From positions 1 through 62,436 of the forward strand of contig JAHFMZ010000001.1 in NCBI GenBank assembly GCA_023267555.1: 62,436 nt of DNA, in the 5' to 3' direction. Positions within the stretch are counted from its first letter, which is position 1. Each line of letters begins with the position of its first letter. Position numbers and translations under genes: made by a program. Positions 60,688 to 62,436 of the stretch are shown here, one piece after another. The DNA is from a bacterium (GTDB lineage Bacteria > Patescibacteriota > Minisyncoccia > Phycocordibacterales > UBA5272). Below the pieces are notes generated by a model, which saw only the letters and a program-made list of their open reading frames with translations, searched no databases and was not told where the DNA came from.

Positions 60688-62220
60688 ATGAAATTTATTG
60701 ATAACTATTTAAATAAAGTAACGATGTATCGTTTGGTTTTATATGCTTTGGTTTTTTTGGTGGCAGCAGCTATTCCACTTAGTGTTTTCCATAAAGTTCC
60801 ATTTTCTACTACAGATTTATTGTATTCTATTATTTCCGTTTTTGTTGTCTCTTATGTGACTAATAAAGTTTTTGCTTGGGCATTTGATGCACCAATAAAT
60901 GTGGAGTCAATGTATATTTCGGCATTGATTTTGATTTTGATTGTGACTCCAACTACAACCAGTGACCCAGCTTCATATTTGTCATTCGTTTGCTGGGTAT
61001 CAGCTCTTTCAATGGCATCCAAATATCTTTTGGCCATAGGTAAAAAACATATTTTTAATCCAGTAGCTATTGCTTTGGTATTCACGGCTTATACCATAAA
61101 TGAATCAGCAAGTTGGTGGGTGGGTACAGTTTATATGGCACCGCTTGTGGCTATTGTTGGATTTTTGGTTGTCAGAAAAATACGTCGAGCAGATTTGGTG
61201 TTAAGTTTTATTTTTGTGGCACTCCTAGCAATTATTATTCCTAGTATTTTGAAAGGTGGCTCTATTTCACCTTTTGAAAATGTTTATAGGACAATATTTC
61301 AATCGCCAGTTTTATTTTTGGCTATATTTATGTTGACCGAACCACTCACCACACCGCCAACACGAATTATGCGCATAGTGTATGGCTCATTGGTGGGGGT
61401 TTTTTTTATACCTACACTTCATATTGGTTCAATATATCTTACTCCAGAACTAGCTTTAGTATTAGGTAATATATTTTCTTATTTAGTTAGTCCAAAAGAA
61501 AAACTATTTTTGAAATTAAAAGAAAAAGTAAATATTGCGCTTGATACTTATGAATTTGGTTTTACTACAGATAAAAAACTTTCTTTTTTGCCGGGGCAAT
61601 ATTTGGAATGGACATTAACACACAGAGATCCAGATAGTAGAGGAAATAGAAGATATTTTACACTGGCTTCATCACCAACAGAAGATATATTAAAACTCGG
61701 TGTTAAATTTTATCCAGAATTAAGTAGCTTCAAAAATAAAATGCTCTTTTTGAAGAAAGATGATGTAATTGTTGCTTCTCAATGCGCTGGTGAATTTGTT
61801 TTGCCAAAAGATATAAATAAAAAATTAGTTTTTATTGCTGGTGGTATTGGTGTCACGCCTTTTAGAAGTATGATTAAATATTGTATTGATACAAATGAAA
61901 AACGCGATATTGTAATGTTGTATTCAAACAAAACAACAGAAGATATTGCTTATAAAAATATTTTTGATGAAGCAGAGACTAAACTTGGTATAAAAACTGT
62001 GTATGCTGTAACTGATAAAGGACAAACATTAGATAACCCAAATATGAAATCTGGTTTTATTGATGCAAATCTCATAACAAAAGAAGTACCTGATTATAAA
62101 GAAAGAATGTTTTATATTTCTGGACCACATTCAATGGTTACTATGTTTGAAAAAATATTAGCTGAGATGGGTATTCCAAAAAAGCAGATCAAAGTTGATT
62201 TCTTTCCTGGTTTTGCTTAA
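60688..62220 (+). CDS. NqrB/RnfD-like membrane domain fused to an FNR-type FAD/NAD(P)H oxidoreductase
   Basis: KHIFNP and FMLTEPLTTP in the TM half; RRYFTLASSP, IAGGIGVTPF, YISGP in the C-half. Confidence 0.87.
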   Translation: MKFIDNYLNKVTMYRLVLYALVFLVAAAIPLSVFHKVPFSTTDLLYSIISVFVVSYVTNKVFAWAFDAPINVESMYISALILILIVTPTTTSDPASYLSFVCWVSALSMASKYLLAIGKKHIFNPVAIALVFTAYTINESASWWVGTVYMAPLVAIVGFLVVRKIRRADLVLSFIFVALLAIIIPSILKGGSISPFENVYRTIFQSPVLFLAIFMLTEPLTTPPTRIMRIVYGSLVGVFFIPTLHIGSIYLTPELALVLGNIFSYLVSPKEKLFLKLKEKVNIALDTYEFGFTTDKKLSFLPGQYLEWTLTHRDPDSRGNRRYFTLASSPTEDILKLGVKFYPELSSFKNKMLFLKKDDVIVASQCAGEFVLPKDINKKLVFIAGGIGVTPFRSMIKYCIDTNEKRDIVMLYSNKTTEDIAYKNIFDEAETKLGIKTVYAVTDKGQTLDNPNMKSGFIDANLITKEVPDYKERMFYISGPHSMVTMFEKILAEMGIPKKQIKVDFFPGFA

Positions 62221-62318
62221 TTAACAAGTTTAAGCTTTGTTTCAAATTATATATTGGTTATACTCGTATTAGGACGATACAATTCGCCGATTAAATGTTT
62301 ATCAATATTAAAATACAT

Positions 62319-62436
62319 ATGAAAAAATTATACATAATAACAGCTTTCACACTTGCAAGTATGACTTTTGTAAGTGCCGAGACTGAAATAAAAGATCAAC
62401 AAGTGGAAGTTAGACCAAATATGATGCTTAAAGTTT
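62319..62436 (+). CDS. Secreted protein, N-terminus only (cut by window end)
   Basis: MKKLYIITAFTLASMTFVSA signal peptide. Confidence 0.6.
   Translation, partial: MKKLYIITAFTLASMTFVSAETEIKDQQVEVRPNMMLKV

Overview
AT-rich bacterial chromosome segment (genetic code 11) that looks like a Patescibacteria/CPR (Parcubacteria-like) genome. This is an inference from the shortened EF-Ts, PheS, ThrRS and ValRS, an intron in 23S rRNA, and housekeeping genes that mostly lack Shine-Dalgarno sites. It holds the 3' end of an rRNA operon (23S with an ORF-less group I intron, two degenerate tRNA-like genes, 5S), RNase P RNA and 8 tRNAs, including an unusual tRNA-Ser(ACU). Protein genes cover translation (rplY, rpmE, prfA, rpsB, tsf, pheST, thrS, valS, typA, lepA), cell wall (rodA, murC/D/F/J, glycosyltransferases, lytic enzymes), gyrB, secA, an ABC exporter and an ApbE flavinylation module. 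No transposase, integrase, reverse transcriptase or CRISPR array is visible. The most notable signals: (1) ~140-200-nt structured elements fused to the 3' ends of five tRNA genes; four are complete and carry a split antisense copy and a direct repeat of the tRNA 3' end, the fifth is rearranged; (2) ~125-nt covarying hairpins placed at stop codons; (3) an apparently intact NlpC/P60 peptidase domain inserted inside PheT; (4) two repeat-bounded gene pairs of secreted or surface proteins; (5) SD-led orphan genes in an otherwise leaderless-looking genome. All calls were made by eye; no searches were run.
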